Source: a virus
Lineage: Duplodnaviria > Heunggongvirae > Uroviricota > Caudoviricetes
Virus record (IMG/VR): IMGVR_UViG_2541047944_000004
Span: 1 to 49,477 of that record
Length of the DNA: 49,477 nucleotides
Direction: 5' to 3' (one strand)
A program made the translations under genes and the position numbers. The number at the start of each line of letters is the position of its first letter. Positions within the stretch are counted from its first letter, which is position 1. Shown here in pieces: positions 28,139 through 38,527 of this stretch. The notes beneath the pieces are model-generated. The model searched no databases. It was given only the letters and a program-made list of their open reading frames with translations, and was not told where the DNA came from.

Positions 28139-28748
28139 TATTAACTTTCATCCGTTTAAAAACCGTGGAGCATTTGGTGGCCTTTTTAACGTCGAATCCC
28201 GTGGGCTGATGCAGGGGGATGCGCAGGATGATCCGGCAATTCGTCTGCAACTTTGCTCCGGTCGACTGGACAGCAAAATCACTGAACCGGTATGGGGTGG
28301 CGTTGGAGTTATGGAGTGCATTGCTCCCGCGAAAGACAGCGTTAACGGCGCGGTAATTAAACAAGCCACGAAGGACGCTTGTAACGCCTTTACTGTCTTT
28401 AATCAGGCATTTCATGGCATTACCACGCCGGATAATCCGGTGCCGTTATATCTCGCGGGTGGCTTTGTTCACTATTACCGCGTTGGCTCAGGTGCCCGCA
28501 TTCCTCTCCCTGTCAGTGCAGAAGTTGTTGCGCTGGCTGATGGAAATAACACCGTTGCTGCCAGTGGTTTTGTGTGGGATCTGACGAAAAACATGGTTGA
28601 TGTTTATTCGGGATCACCCGGCGCTAATCCGAAAGTGGATATTAAGCTGCTGATGGTTTCAGTTGACGGAAACCTGACGGTGAAAAAAGAGGATGGCGGT
28701 AACGTTGTCTGGGAAATCGGCAAACCGTGCGGCCTGTTTTTAATTTAA
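28131..28748 (+). CDS. Head structural protein (205 aa)
   Basis: Between scaffold and major capsid genes; AGGGAG RBS. Confidence 0.5.
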   Translation: MADINFHPFKNRGAFGGLFNVESRGLMQGDAQDDPAIRLQLCSGRLDSKITEPVWGGVGVMECIAPAKDSVNGAVIKQATKDACNAFTVFNQAFHGITTPDNPVPLYLAGGFVHYYRVGSGARIPLPVSAEVVALADGNNTVAASGFVWDLTKNMVDVYSGSPGANPKVDIKLLMVSVDGNLTVKKEDGGNVVWEIGKPCGLFLI

Positions 28749-28762
28749 GGGGATATTAATTA

Positions 28763-29791
28763 ATGAGCGCATTTACTCCTGCGACTACTATTGTTTCGCC
28801 GTCAATGGTGCTGCCGGAAATGATCGTGCAACAGAGCATGGCTTCCGGGGCGTTTGAAGTCCTGGCTGGTGGTGCTCCAGCGGTAAAAATCAGTTCCAGT
28901 GATTTGATGGTCTATCAGAAATATCTGCGCATGACCTCGCAGGCGCAGGTCAGCCAGTCTCTGCCGGGTCAGTTACCGTCTTCCAGTATCTCTGGCGGCT
29001 ATGACGGAATGATGACTTACCGAATTTCTTCCCGCTCGCAATACAGCTATCTCGATACTGATGCAGCAGATCGCTGGGGCTATTCTCTGATTGAAGGCCT
29101 GCGCCTGGCTAACCGTCAGGGACACGCTCAAATGTTGCGTAATATGCTGCTGTATGGCGTGAATGCAGCTAATAACGAGGGGATCACCAACTCACCTAAC
29201 GCAGTGACGTTGAATCTGGGCAACGACAGCAAAGGCAATGATTCTTACACCACCTGGGATTCCGGTGAGATGGCTAAATTTATGCTTGGCCTGATTGCTG
29301 ACCAGAAAACCCGCATGTTGCTGCTGGGGCAGCCATTAACGACTGTTATTCTGAGCCCACAGCGATTCATGAAGGCGCTGGAGTGGACAGGAATTGTTGA
29401 GCTGACCAGTTACCAGCGTCCTGGTGGTGGTACCGGAACGGTGGGAACGATGGTTAAAGACGTCGCCGATAAGGCGACAGGCGACGACATCATTTTCTGC
29501 CAGGACGACACGCTGATCGGTAAAGGCGCTGGTGGTAATGACCTGATTATCGTTACGAACCCGACGATTGAGGTTCCGGAAGCGCGTCACACCATTAACA
29601 CCAATATTTTCTCCACGCTGGTACCTAACCAGCAGGCCGTCAACGTGATGTTCTGTGATATGGCAGCGCCGACGGAAATTCCGTCCCCTATGCCGGATGG
29701 CGGCCTGACCACGTTGTATACGATGCGCGCGACGCCGGGCTGGAACTTCCGCCCTGAGGGGATCACCCTGTTGTCTGCCAAATACGCATAA
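28763..29791 (+). CDS. Major capsid protein
   Basis: 342 aa, followed by strong intrinsic terminator; position in head module. Confidence 0.7.
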   Translation: MSAFTPATTIVSPSMVLPEMIVQQSMASGAFEVLAGGAPAVKISSSDLMVYQKYLRMTSQAQVSQSLPGQLPSSSISGGYDGMMTYRISSRSQYSYLDTDAADRWGYSLIEGLRLANRQGHAQMLRNMLLYGVNAANNEGITNSPNAVTLNLGNDSKGNDSYTTWDSGEMAKFMLGLIADQKTRMLLLGQPLTTVILSPQRFMKALEWTGIVELTSYQRPGGGTGTVGTMVKDVADKATGDDIIFCQDDTLIGKGAGGNDLIIVTNPTIEVPEARHTINTNIFSTLVPNQQAVNVMFCDMAAPTEIPSPMPDGGLTTLYTMRATPGWNFRPEGITLLSAKYA

Positions 29792-29810
29792 ACGTTCAAT
29801 CTGATAATGC

Positions 29811-29837
29811 GGGGAGCTAAATGCTCCCCTTTTTTGT
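29811..29837 (+). terminator. Rho-independent terminator after major capsid gene
   Basis: GGGGAGCtaaatGCTCCCC followed by TTTTTTG. Confidence 0.6.
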
Positions 29838-29848
29838 GGGAAAAATTT

Positions 29849-30319
29849 ATGAAACTCTACATCGCTAACTGCTCACGTCAGCCGCACACGTTCAACTACA
29901 AACTCCCCGAAAAAACGCAGTCGTTCGGTGTGACAATTCCGTCCGGACGTCAGCATATGATCGAAAATCAGTCCGATATTATCGACCACATCATCCGACA
30001 GCATGAGCCTTACGGATTCCAGCGTTGTGACAAGGTGGACAAGAATTTTTCCGGTATCTGCTATTCCATCGATAAACCTGTGAGCGTCGGTCGCATTGAG
30101 GATTGCGCGGAGCAGAAAACGGAAAATCTGGAATCCCTGTCAGAAGAAATTCTCGCAGCCAGCGCCGTATCGCTGAATAACGCAGTGGATCAGGCAGTGA
30201 TTCAGAGTGGCGAAAAACCTCAACCGGGTGGTATTGAAATGGAAATCACCGGGGAAGCGATTAACACTGAACAGGAAAATCCGCCCAGCACAAAGCGAAA
30301 TATTAAGGTTAAAAAATAA
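29849..30319 (+). CDS. Hypothetical head-tail joining region protein (156 aa)
   Basis: ORF downstream of terminator; start set after hairpin. Confidence 0.5.
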   Translation: MKLYIANCSRQPHTFNYKLPEKTQSFGVTIPSGRQHMIENQSDIIDHIIRQHEPYGFQRCDKVDKNFSGICYSIDKPVSVGRIEDCAEQKTENLESLSEEILAASAVSLNNAVDQAVIQSGEKPQPGGIEMEITGEAINTEQENPPSTKRNIKVKK

Positions 30320-30759
30320 TGACCTTGCATCCGTCACTGGAGGGATTTATTCGCTTTGTTCGTGACGACATGAAAGTACCGGTTCACGCTATTGCTGACG
30401 ATGATCCGACGCTGGAATGTTGCTTTCAGTCTGCGATGGAGCTAATCCCTCATGATCAGGGGCTGGAGCGTTTACCCATCATCTATGTGCGAACGGTTTA
30501 TAACGCTGCCGCCTCATTTCTCCTGAATTTCGCTCCCGGCTCGTGGTTTGCCGACCTGAGAAAAAAACTCAACCTTGGGAAACTGGCTACCGGGCTTGTC
30601 AGTGCGGCAGCAGACCAGGGGACATCGGGTTCGATCACCATCAGCGATGCGCTGAGTAATCTGTCTTTGCTGGATTTGCAGATGTTACAGGATCCGTATG
30701 GACGACAGGTTGTTGCGGTGCTGATGCAGATGGGCACGGTATGGGGTTACACGCCATGA
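30319..30759 (+). CDS. Hypothetical head completion/adaptor protein (146 aa)
   Basis: TAATG overlap with upstream gene. Confidence 0.5.
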   Translation: MTLHPSLEGFIRFVRDDMKVPVHAIADDDPTLECCFQSAMELIPHDQGLERLPIIYVRTVYNAAASFLLNFAPGSWFADLRKKLNLGKLATGLVSAAADQGTSGSITISDALSNLSLLDLQMLQDPYGRQVVAVLMQMGTVWGYTP

Positions 30760-31196
30760 AACTTTGTTTTGGGGTTATCGACCAGCCCTATGACTACGGC
30801 GACGAACCGGGAAAAACCACGTTTGACGTAGCCTGTGACCTCGAGGAGCGATACGAAATTTTTACGCACTTCTGGGAAATGCATAAGGACGAGATTATCC
30901 AGGAGGCAGGTACTGAACTGGCGTACCAGTTGGTCAATCACTTCAAGTATAAGGCTCCGCTACCTGGCGAGCATTTTCTGGAAGGGACTGAGAAGATTTT
31001 CCATATTTTTCTTGAAACTGAAGAAATGACCGGGATGACGATTAACGGAAACCCTGTGCCAACTCAGGCCGCGCTACTGGGCGTTAACTCCAGGCTTAAG
31101 GACAAATATACCGGAGAGCGGCGTCCGTCATTCATAGACGGCGGCCTGTTTAAGGGCAGCTTTATAGCGTGGATAGATAACAATGCCGAGTCTTGA
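30756..31196 (+). CDS. Hypothetical structural protein (146 aa)
   Basis: ATGA overlap with upstream gene. Confidence 0.5.
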   Translation: MKLCFGVIDQPYDYGDEPGKTTFDVACDLEERYEIFTHFWEMHKDEIIQEAGTELAYQLVNHFKYKAPLPGEHFLEGTEKIFHIFLETEEMTGMTINGNPVPTQAALLGVNSRLKDKYTGERRPSFIDGGLFKGSFIAWIDNNAES

Positions 31197-32127
31197 GGAA
31201 TTAGCCGAACAGCACAGTTCGCAGCTCTCGTCCGTTCTTAAATCCGCAGTTGAAACCATCTCGTCAGACCAGGAAATCACGTTCAGGCTCTATGTCCGGC
31301 AGGTTCTGCCGCTGGATGGCTTTGTCTATTGGGTTAATGCGGAAATCATCAGTTGCGATGAACTGTGTCGCCTGAATATTGAGTCACCAACTCGTCTGAA
31401 AATCAAAGGCAGCCTGCATCGTCAGGTTATTGCGATTCAGGACGAGTCTGTCTCGAAGGATGTGAACAACATTATTTTCACGCCTGTTCAGCAGGTTGAT
31501 GATTTTAATGTGGAAAATCCCGATGCGATCTATCTCGGTGAGTACGGAGGCGTCCAGTTCGCTTTTTCACGAATGGAGAGCCGTTATCAGCAGTCGGGTA
31601 TTTTTCATTATCGCGGCATGGCGATTTTACCAACCATGCGTTCTCAGATTATCGACTGCGAGGAGGATATCAGCGACGAGCAGATCATCTCCAACAGCAT
31701 CCCGATCTGGCTGCAAATGAAAGATGCCGCGACCGTGTATCCGTCTTACCTGGTACCGCAGAACCTTCGCCCTCCGTATATCGCGGTGGATGTTCGCAAC
31801 AGTATTCCTTTGCAGGTGGCTCCCGTTGTTTTCGGTGGTGAGCGATTCCAGCTCGTCCAGGATTCGGTTCGCCTGACGCTTTACGGATTCAGCAACAAAA
31901 TGGCGCTGGATCTTGTCGACTCGGTGGTGAACAGGGCGCTGGAGGAGGAAAAGTTTGGTGTAACCAATATTCCGGTGGTTCAGGACGCAAAGTCGGGACA
32001 GGTTGAAATCAACGCTCTGGCGAAGAAAAAGATTGTCGATTTTGACGTGAATTACTACCAGAGCACAGCCCGGGAAATATCCCGGCAGTTGATTGAAAAA
32101 GTTATTTGTAAATATGAGGTTAAATAA
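31183..32127 (+). CDS. Hypothetical structural protein (314 aa)
   Basis: Co-directional, overlapping ORF in structural module. Confidence 0.5.
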   Translation: MPSLEELAEQHSSQLSSVLKSAVETISSDQEITFRLYVRQVLPLDGFVYWVNAEIISCDELCRLNIESPTRLKIKGSLHRQVIAIQDESVSKDVNNIIFTPVQQVDDFNVENPDAIYLGEYGGVQFAFSRMESRYQQSGIFHYRGMAILPTMRSQIIDCEEDISDEQIISNSIPIWLQMKDAATVYPSYLVPQNLRPPYIAVDVRNSIPLQVAPVVFGGERFQLVQDSVRLTLYGFSNKMALDLVDSVVNRALEEEKFGVTNIPVVQDAKSGQVEINALAKKKIVDFDVNYYQSTAREISRQLIEKVICKYEVK

Positions 32128-33464
32128 TGGGATTTAATATCGTCACGGTGAATGTGTCCCAGACCATCGGGGCCATACCCTCGAATTTGCAGCAGATGTC
32201 TGCGGTTCTCTCGTTTGGCTCCACGACTCATGAGCCGGGGAAGCCAGTATTACTCACCAGCAATCAGGATATTAACGATCTGGTTAAGAATCCGATTGCT
32301 GCGTTGTCGGCGGCTGCCGCAGGAAAATCTGCGGCAAACGTCACCGTTACGATGACGCTTCCGGAAGGGAGCAACATCCGACGCGAAAACAATTCTGAGG
32401 TGAAAATTGTTGTTTCCGGGTGTTCGCCCGACGCGTGGAATGGCGAATATACTGCTACTGTCACGGATGAAAAAACACTGACCTGGACGATTGCTGATTC
32501 TCAGCTTTCCGGTTCTCCAGTGACGCTGGGGCAGTTTTCTATTGCTGACAGTGAAAATCTGGTGACGGCAGTAAACACGTTTTTTGCCCAGGGAAATTCA
32601 GTAGGGATTTACCTGCTGGAACTGGGAGTACAGAAAGGCGGGGTCAGTAAGGAAATCGCTGCACTGAAAACTTATATGGAAGATCCGCTCCTGCGTTTTT
32701 ATGCGTATCTGGTGCCGCAGCCGTGGGATGGTGACGCAGAGTTTATCAGTCTGGCAAAACTCCACACCGCCAACGAAGCGATGCAGTATTTCTTCGTGCT
32801 GACGAAAACGCCGGACGACACGAATTACGTTTCGCCTTATGCCGGTATTAAGTCGGTTATTGCAACGGCGGATGATACGTACCCAGCGACAAACGCGGCT
32901 GCAGCCGTAATGTGGAACTATGTTTCCGCATCACCTTCAGAAATCAACAAGGTGCCGCCGATGGCGTTTCGCTATCTACAGGCGGTAAACGCCCACAAGG
33001 GCAAAAATTCCATTCTGGCTACGATGACGAAGCAGAATATTAACTACGTCGAAACGGGGGCTGAGGGCGGAATCTCCAACACGATTCTGGTGAAAGGCGT
33101 TACCAGTGACGGTAACGATATGACGTACTGGTATTCCGTGGACTGGGTGCAGATTAATGTCGATATGCAGCTCGCCAACACGGTGATCAACGGCAGCAAT
33201 AACCCAATTAACCCGCTTTACTACAACCAGGACGGGATCGACCGTCTACAGCAGGTCGCACAGGCGGTGTTCAATACGGGCGTATCTTACGGCCTGGTCA
33301 ACGGTCAGCCTGTCGTCGATGCAGTGCCTTTCCGCCAGTATATCAACACGAATCCGAATGATTACGGTATCGGGCGTTATGCGGGCCTTTCGGCCTCCTA
33401 TACGCCGATGCGCGGATTTGTCGAAATCATTTTTAACATCAATGTGACAATGCAGCTTTCGTGA
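32127..33464 (+). CDS. Putative tail sheath-like / major tail protein (445 aa)
   Basis: Large protein immediately upstream of tube-like, chaperone and tape measure genes. Confidence 0.45.
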   Translation: MGFNIVTVNVSQTIGAIPSNLQQMSAVLSFGSTTHEPGKPVLLTSNQDINDLVKNPIAALSAAAAGKSAANVTVTMTLPEGSNIRRENNSEVKIVVSGCSPDAWNGEYTATVTDEKTLTWTIADSQLSGSPVTLGQFSIADSENLVTAVNTFFAQGNSVGIYLLELGVQKGGVSKEIAALKTYMEDPLLRFYAYLVPQPWDGDAEFISLAKLHTANEAMQYFFVLTKTPDDTNYVSPYAGIKSVIATADDTYPATNAAAAVMWNYVSASPSEINKVPPMAFRYLQAVNAHKGKNSILATMTKQNINYVETGAEGGISNTILVKGVTSDGNDMTYWYSVDWVQINVDMQLANTVINGSNNPINPLYYNQDGIDRLQQVAQAVFNTGVSYGLVNGQPVVDAVPFRQYINTNPNDYGIGRYAGLSASYTPMRGFVEIIFNINVTMQLS

Positions 33465-33475
33465 GGGACTGAACC

Positions 33476-33919
33476 GTGCCTAATCCAATGATCCCCGTTG
33501 GCACCCTTAACCGGGTTCGCGCCAGCGTTAAATTCACCTCTCATTCCGAACTGAATGTGTCCGCCTCATTTCTGGCAAAAGAAGGCGTCGAATTGTCCTT
33601 TCAGGGCAATATCACGGAGTTTTTACCCGCCATGACGGGAGCCGTGCAGTCGCCGCAGCCATACATGATTTTACAGGCGCGTGTTCATCTGCTGCGTAGC
33701 CAGGCGCTGGGAAAACAATTCAAGGCGCAATGGGAAAAAAACGCCACGATCGGCGACGCAAAAGTGTATAGCGACAGCACGGTGTTCGGTGACTTCGATA
33801 TCTATAACACAGCGATTACCAACGTGCAGGATATGACCTTCGCCGGGGGGGAGCCGGGTGTGGCCATCACCATTACCGGTACGTATTACATCAACTCTGA
33901 AATGTGGGATCTGGTATGA
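33476..33919 (+). CDS. Putative tail tube protein
   Basis: 147-aa protein between sheath-like and chaperone genes. Confidence 0.45.
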   Translation: MPNPMIPVGTLNRVRASVKFTSHSELNVSASFLAKEGVELSFQGNITEFLPAMTGAVQSPQPYMILQARVHLLRSQALGKQFKAQWEKNATIGDAKVYSDSTVFGDFDIYNTAITNVQDMTFAGGEPGVAITITGTYYINSEMWDLV

Positions 33920-34533
33920 AAATCGCGCGAAATCTGAATCTGATTATTCCTGTCCGGACAGAAAAGGGTAATGGCTGGATCCATGCCACACCGATCAGCA
34001 AAGAGGTGTTTAAAGAGCATTTCTTCATCCTGAGTAAAACCTTTTCTGCCATTTTTTCTGAAGGTCTTGGCGTCGTTGCGGGTCCGCGTATCGCCTGCCT
34101 TATGCTGGAACGGATCTCCTCAGATATGAACATCTGGGATGGCGAAAAGGGCGTTCGTAATACGCTCGTGAATGAAATCATTCGCCTTGCGAATCTGGTT
34201 TACCCAGTCGAAGGGAAAGGTTATGACACGCTCCCGCTTGATATGGCGCTGGAGCGCGGCATCGTTGAATTTGATGATGTGGCAGGTGAACTCGTTTTTT
34301 TTACATGCGTCTCGTCGATAAACACACCGGAGCAGACGGAGCAGATGATGCTGGCAGTCAGTGGAATGTGGAACAGTCGCACTTCATCCTTGAGTCTTAC
34401 GGAATGGATTGCTTCATTGCCGACATTGAAGCCTGTCGCCAGTTCTGGCGCGACGGCGAGCACGTTATCAGCGACATCCTCGACTACTCAGCCGGAGACG
34501 GATTCTGCGACATCTGGGCAAATTCCGGTCTGA
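33916..34533 (+). CDS. Tail assembly chaperone (G-like)
   Basis: ATGA overlap with tube gene; precedes tape measure; contains T8 slippery run near codon 127. Confidence 0.6.
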   Translation: MKIARNLNLIIPVRTEKGNGWIHATPISKEVFKEHFFILSKTFSAIFSEGLGVVAGPRIACLMLERISSDMNIWDGEKGVRNTLVNEIIRLANLVYPVEGKGYDTLPLDMALERGIVEFDDVAGELVFFTCVSSINTPEQTEQMMLAVSGMWNSRTSSLSLTEWIASLPTLKPVASSGATASTLSATSSTTQPETDSATSGQIPV

Positions 34534-34607
34534 ATGTAAAAACAGCAGCTCAGTTTCGTGAGCTGCGTAAATGCACGACGCCGGGAGGTGTATTGAATGT
34601 CAGGTAA
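33916..34607 (+). CDS. Tail assembly chaperone, predicted -1 frameshift fusion product (GT-like)
   Basis: Frame -1 ORF opens at 34290 and runs to 34607; slippery T TTT TTT at 34296..34302 permits -1 shift. Confidence 0.45.
34296..34302 (+). other. Candidate -1 programmed ribosomal frameshift slippery heptamer (TTTTTTT)
   Basis: Seen directly in the zero frame as GTT TTT TTT ACA; -1 frame is open from 34290. Confidence 0.5.
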
Positions 34608-36585
34608 TCAGATGCCAGTTCTGACACTGGACGTTAATGAAGAACATCTTAAGCGACTTGAGGCGATATTTGAAAAGTATCGCAACGGGCTGATGATTGG
34701 CCCTGCCGGTACGCCGCTTAAAATACCTTCAAATACAGGTCCGGCAGGTGGCGCCCGGCAGACAACCACAGGCGGAGAAGCCAATCAGGCTCCCAGGAAA
34801 CCATCTTCACCCGAGCCAGTTTCGGCTGCTTCCACTGATGGACGTTTAAGGGATGAAAAAGGGCGCTTTGTTGGAAGCGGGAAAACACCTGATTCGCTGG
34901 TGAGCAACTATAAAGGTCGCGGCGAAACGATGTTTGATAAGTATCTCAACGGGCTGGGTAAAAACGCTCAGGGGACGCTGAAAACTTACAAACAGATCAA
35001 TTCAACGCTTAAAACGACTAATTCCCGGTTAAAAAGCCTGTTTAAAACCACGGTTGCGTGGGGGGCGAAGATAGCTGCAATAGGGGTTGCGGGGCCGTTT
35101 GGCTACGGCTATATGGCAAGTAAAGTCGCGGCACAGTATAGCGTGGCTCAGGGGTTAGGGATGGAAACCGCCCAAATGCAGGCTGCACGTGCCACCTATT
35201 CTCCATATTTTTCTGGCACAGAAGAACTGGTTCAGCATCTGGCGAACGCACAGAAAAATCCAAACGATCCAAACTATGCTGGTCTGGTTAGTCTTGGAAT
35301 TGATCCGCGAGATGGTGCAGCAAAGAATCTGCCCAAACTTATGAGTGCGCTTGCATCTCTAGTTAAGCAATATAAAGGTTCAGGACTTACTCAGGGGATT
35401 CTCAACGGACAAGGACTTGGATTTGTTGATGTCGCGACAACTAACCAGGTGGAAGCGAATCTGGACAAGATCCCCCAACTGAATGAGAAATTTGCAGCAA
35501 ATACCCGGTTACTCGGCGCTTACCTCACACCAGCTATGCAGTCAGATTATCAGGATACGGTGAGTAACCTGATGGTAAATGGAAACAGAATATCAAATTC
35601 CTGGTATGCAGCTCTTGCCAGATATAACCCATTAATCAGAGGTGCATCTGATGGGCTGACATCCAATATTGAAGGTTTTCTGAATGGTGGAAATTTTAAA
35701 AAAATTCTCACTGAGGCTGGAGAAGGGCTGGAGAAATTTGGCAAGTGGCTAAATAGTGAACAGTTTAAAAATGATCTTGATGATTTTTCTCTGGCGGTGA
35801 GCCGGATTGCAAAAGCAATATGGTCAGCTATCAAATGGATCGGCGGGGAAGATAAATATCTCCCCGGAACCGGAGTTGGTGCTGAACAGGCAGATCCAGT
35901 TCTTGTGGCATTTGGGGATAAATATCTCGGCGGTGCGTTGCCGGGAGCAAACCCGATGACAAATCAGTATACGGGTGAGTTTTATAAACAGGATGATGTA
36001 TATAAAAATTACCGTATGCCTAATGATTTAAAGAGAAATATTCAGAACTTTGTAGAGCAAGCCAATAATACTTATCGACTTCCTAAAAATATGATGTCTG
36101 CAATTGCAGAAGCCGAATCATCGTGGAATCCCCTAGCGAAAGGAAGCCCCGATGAAAATGGCAATTATGCTAAGGGGTTGTGGCAATTCTGGGATAGCAC
36201 CGCAAAACAGTATGGTCTGGTGGGAGATGATGTTTATGACCCAAATAAATCCACTCTTGCGGCTGGCCGCTTTTTAAATGATCTGAATCGGCGTTATAAA
36301 GGCGATGTGGCAAAAATGCTTACGGCATATAACGGAGGTCGTATTGATAGAGATGGAAATCTAAGTTTGAGAATGGAGACTGTAAAATATTTAATTAAAT
36401 TATTGCCTCAGATACAGGGAGCCTTGGATCAACACCCTGGTATTATGAATCAGCTAAGAAATGCCAGAGATAACCTTCAGGGTGCTGGCAAAAATGCCCG
36501 CGCAATAATTGAGCTTCAGGTGCGACAATCGCCAGGTTCCGACATACTGGCACAACTCGCCGGAACGCAACAAATACCGGGGTAA
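34597..36585 (+). CDS. Tail tape measure protein with C-terminal lytic transglycosylase (SLT) domain
   Basis: 662 aa; GGAGGTG RBS; C-terminal AEAESSWNPLAKGSPDENGNYAKGLWQFWDSTAKQYGL resembles SLT catalytic region. Confidence 0.75.
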   Translation: MSGNQMPVLTLDVNEEHLKRLEAIFEKYRNGLMIGPAGTPLKIPSNTGPAGGARQTTTGGEANQAPRKPSSPEPVSAASTDGRLRDEKGRFVGSGKTPDSLVSNYKGRGETMFDKYLNGLGKNAQGTLKTYKQINSTLKTTNSRLKSLFKTTVAWGAKIAAIGVAGPFGYGYMASKVAAQYSVAQGLGMETAQMQAARATYSPYFSGTEELVQHLANAQKNPNDPNYAGLVSLGIDPRDGAAKNLPKLMSALASLVKQYKGSGLTQGILNGQGLGFVDVATTNQVEANLDKIPQLNEKFAANTRLLGAYLTPAMQSDYQDTVSNLMVNGNRISNSWYAALARYNPLIRGASDGLTSNIEGFLNGGNFKKILTEAGEGLEKFGKWLNSEQFKNDLDDFSLAVSRIAKAIWSAIKWIGGEDKYLPGTGVGAEQADPVLVAFGDKYLGGALPGANPMTNQYTGEFYKQDDVYKNYRMPNDLKRNIQNFVEQANNTYRLPKNMMSAIAEAESSWNPLAKGSPDENGNYAKGLWQFWDSTAKQYGLVGDDVYDPNKSTLAAGRFLNDLNRRYKGDVAKMLTAYNGGRIDRDGNLSLRMETVKYLIKLLPQIQGALDQHPGIMNQLRNARDNLQGAGKNARAIIELQVRQSPGSDILAQLAGTQQIPG

Positions 36586-36588
36586 AAG

Positions 36589-37257
36589 ATGTCACTTAAT
36601 TACTTTGGACAAGCTTTCAAACTGGCGTTTGAAGTATCGCCCATTCTTTTAGTTGATGGCATAGCGTCGAAAATTCCCGGCGGGGTGATGCCGATTGCTG
36701 TTTTGACCGAAGGCCTAAGCATTGCGAATGGTCTGCTGCATGGAGAGATTCATACACGCTCGATGGCGGCATTTACCCCGATGGCGGGGACAACGTTAGT
36801 CCAGCAGGATATTTGCAACCTGAATTTCTATAACCAGGTAACGGCAGCGAATGCGACCGTCAGGAAGCCTAACCGGGTAGTCATGCAGATGATCCGTCCG
36901 GCATCTACGGAGGACGGTGGCTACACCACGAAGGGAATGACGTTCACGGCGCTGAAAATGGCGCTTGATATGCATAACCAGTATGGCGGTTGCTACACCG
37001 TTCTGACTCCCTCGTTTATCTACACGCGCTGCCTGATGCGGTCGTTTGTCGATACCTCCGGCTTCTCTGAGCAGAACAAGCAAGTGCAGCACACCTGGCA
37101 GATTGAGTTTGAGCAACCATTGTCGTCTGTCGAACAAACAGTAAAGACGCTGGCGAGCGTTCTGGATAAATTTGATAAAGGGATGCCGTCAGACGGGCCG
37201 CTATCGTGGTCAGGTATTAAGAACCAGGTCGTGCAGGAGTTTGGTATTGGCTTATGA
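36589..37257 (+). CDS. Tail/baseplate protein (222 aa)
   Basis: Downstream of tape measure. Confidence 0.5.
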   Translation: MSLNYFGQAFKLAFEVSPILLVDGIASKIPGGVMPIAVLTEGLSIANGLLHGEIHTRSMAAFTPMAGTTLVQQDICNLNFYNQVTAANATVRKPNRVVMQMIRPASTEDGGYTTKGMTFTALKMALDMHNQYGGCYTVLTPSFIYTRCLMRSFVDTSGFSEQNKQVQHTWQIEFEQPLSSVEQTVKTLASVLDKFDKGMPSDGPLSWSGIKNQVVQEFGIGL

Positions 37258-37520
37258 CAACGTTAATTCCTTTTAAACCTGACGGGCGAGGCCCGTTTCA
37301 GTTCACGGCCAGAATTGGAGAATATGAAACATTCGCCCGCGTTCCGTTTAATCTGTATGCAAATCGTTACTACCTGGAACTGAAAGACAGTTCTGGCGAC
37401 GTGATTGTGTACATGCCGTTGATCGCGTCACCTGACAGTTACGACATCAATCTGGCGCTGCCTTGCTCACCGGGGAAACTTGTTTTTCGCGAAAGTACGA
37501 ATCAGTTTGAGGTTTCGTAA
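37254..37520 (+). CDS. Tail/baseplate protein (88 aa)
   Basis: ATGA overlap with upstream gene. Confidence 0.5.
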   Translation: MTTLIPFKPDGRGPFQFTARIGEYETFARVPFNLYANRYYLELKDSSGDVIVYMPLIASPDSYDINLALPCSPGKLVFRESTNQFEVS

Positions 37521-38527
37521 TGCGTTATTACCGACTGGAAATTATTAATCCTAAAACAGGAAAGCCGCCAGTGGATTGCAATGGAAAACCCATTGGGCCT
37601 TTTGATACCAGTGAAACACCAGGATGTGGGTTGCATGTTGAATTTGACTTTGAAGTAACTGGTCTGGATGTAGTCTGCTCGGGCACGATGCTGACGATCT
37701 ATGGATTACCAATTGATATGCTGAAGCAAAGCGTAAGCTTGCAGGGTTGTCTGGTCCGTATGAAAGCAGGCTTTGTTCAGGGATTACCACTGGCAAATAA
37801 GGATCAACAAGGGGAGGTAATCTATGGTGAAATTTATCTGGCCTATGCCAACTGGATCGGCACGAACCAGACCTTAAACCTGGTAATAAATCCAACCGTA
37901 CGCAAAACAGATGATGGTAAACCGTTCTCTATCGAGGGGGAGGGGCTTAAAGGGGAAAAGGTTGGTGATGTAATCTCCCGTGCGTTGCAAAAGGCATTTC
38001 CGAATAAGTTGATCGATTGTACTGTCAGCGACAACCTTGTTTTGCCAGAGCCGTGGACAGGCAAATATACGGAGATTGGTTCTCTGGCTATGGTCGTAAA
38101 AAACGCCTCTATTGCGATGATGCGTAATGAAAGGTATAGCGGAATCGCCATCAGCATTCTTTCCGACAGAATACGAATTTACGATAACGCATCGGCAAAG
38201 TGGGGTGAGCCAAAAACAATTCATGCCCATGAACTGGTCGGGCAGCCGACATGGATAGCGCCGTTTACCGTCAGCTTCAAATGCCCTATGAGGGGCGATA
38301 TCAGATGTGGTGATGTGGTTAAACTGCCGGAGGGGCTATATTCAGGCGCTGCGTCGATTGTGATGGCTAATACAACGGCATCCAGCGTTATCGCAAAAAA
38401 TTCGACCACGTTCACCGGGAAATTTCTTGTGAAATCGGTCAGACACATTGGTTCGTATCTGACAGCCGATGGCGATGCCTGGGTGACGGTATTTGAGGCA
38501 TATGCTGAGAACTGGGCGAGGGTGTAA
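37520..38527 (+). CDS. Baseplate hub-like protein (335 aa)
   Basis: TAATG overlap; position between tape measure and spike. Confidence 0.5.
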   Translation: MRYYRLEIINPKTGKPPVDCNGKPIGPFDTSETPGCGLHVEFDFEVTGLDVVCSGTMLTIYGLPIDMLKQSVSLQGCLVRMKAGFVQGLPLANKDQQGEVIYGEIYLAYANWIGTNQTLNLVINPTVRKTDDGKPFSIEGEGLKGEKVGDVISRALQKAFPNKLIDCTVSDNLVLPEPWTGKYTEIGSLAMVVKNASIAMMRNERYSGIAISILSDRIRIYDNASAKWGEPKTIHAHELVGQPTWIAPFTVSFKCPMRGDIRCGDVVKLPEGLYSGAASIVMANTTASSVIAKNSTTFTGKFLVKSVRHIGSYLTADGDAWVTVFEAYAENWARV

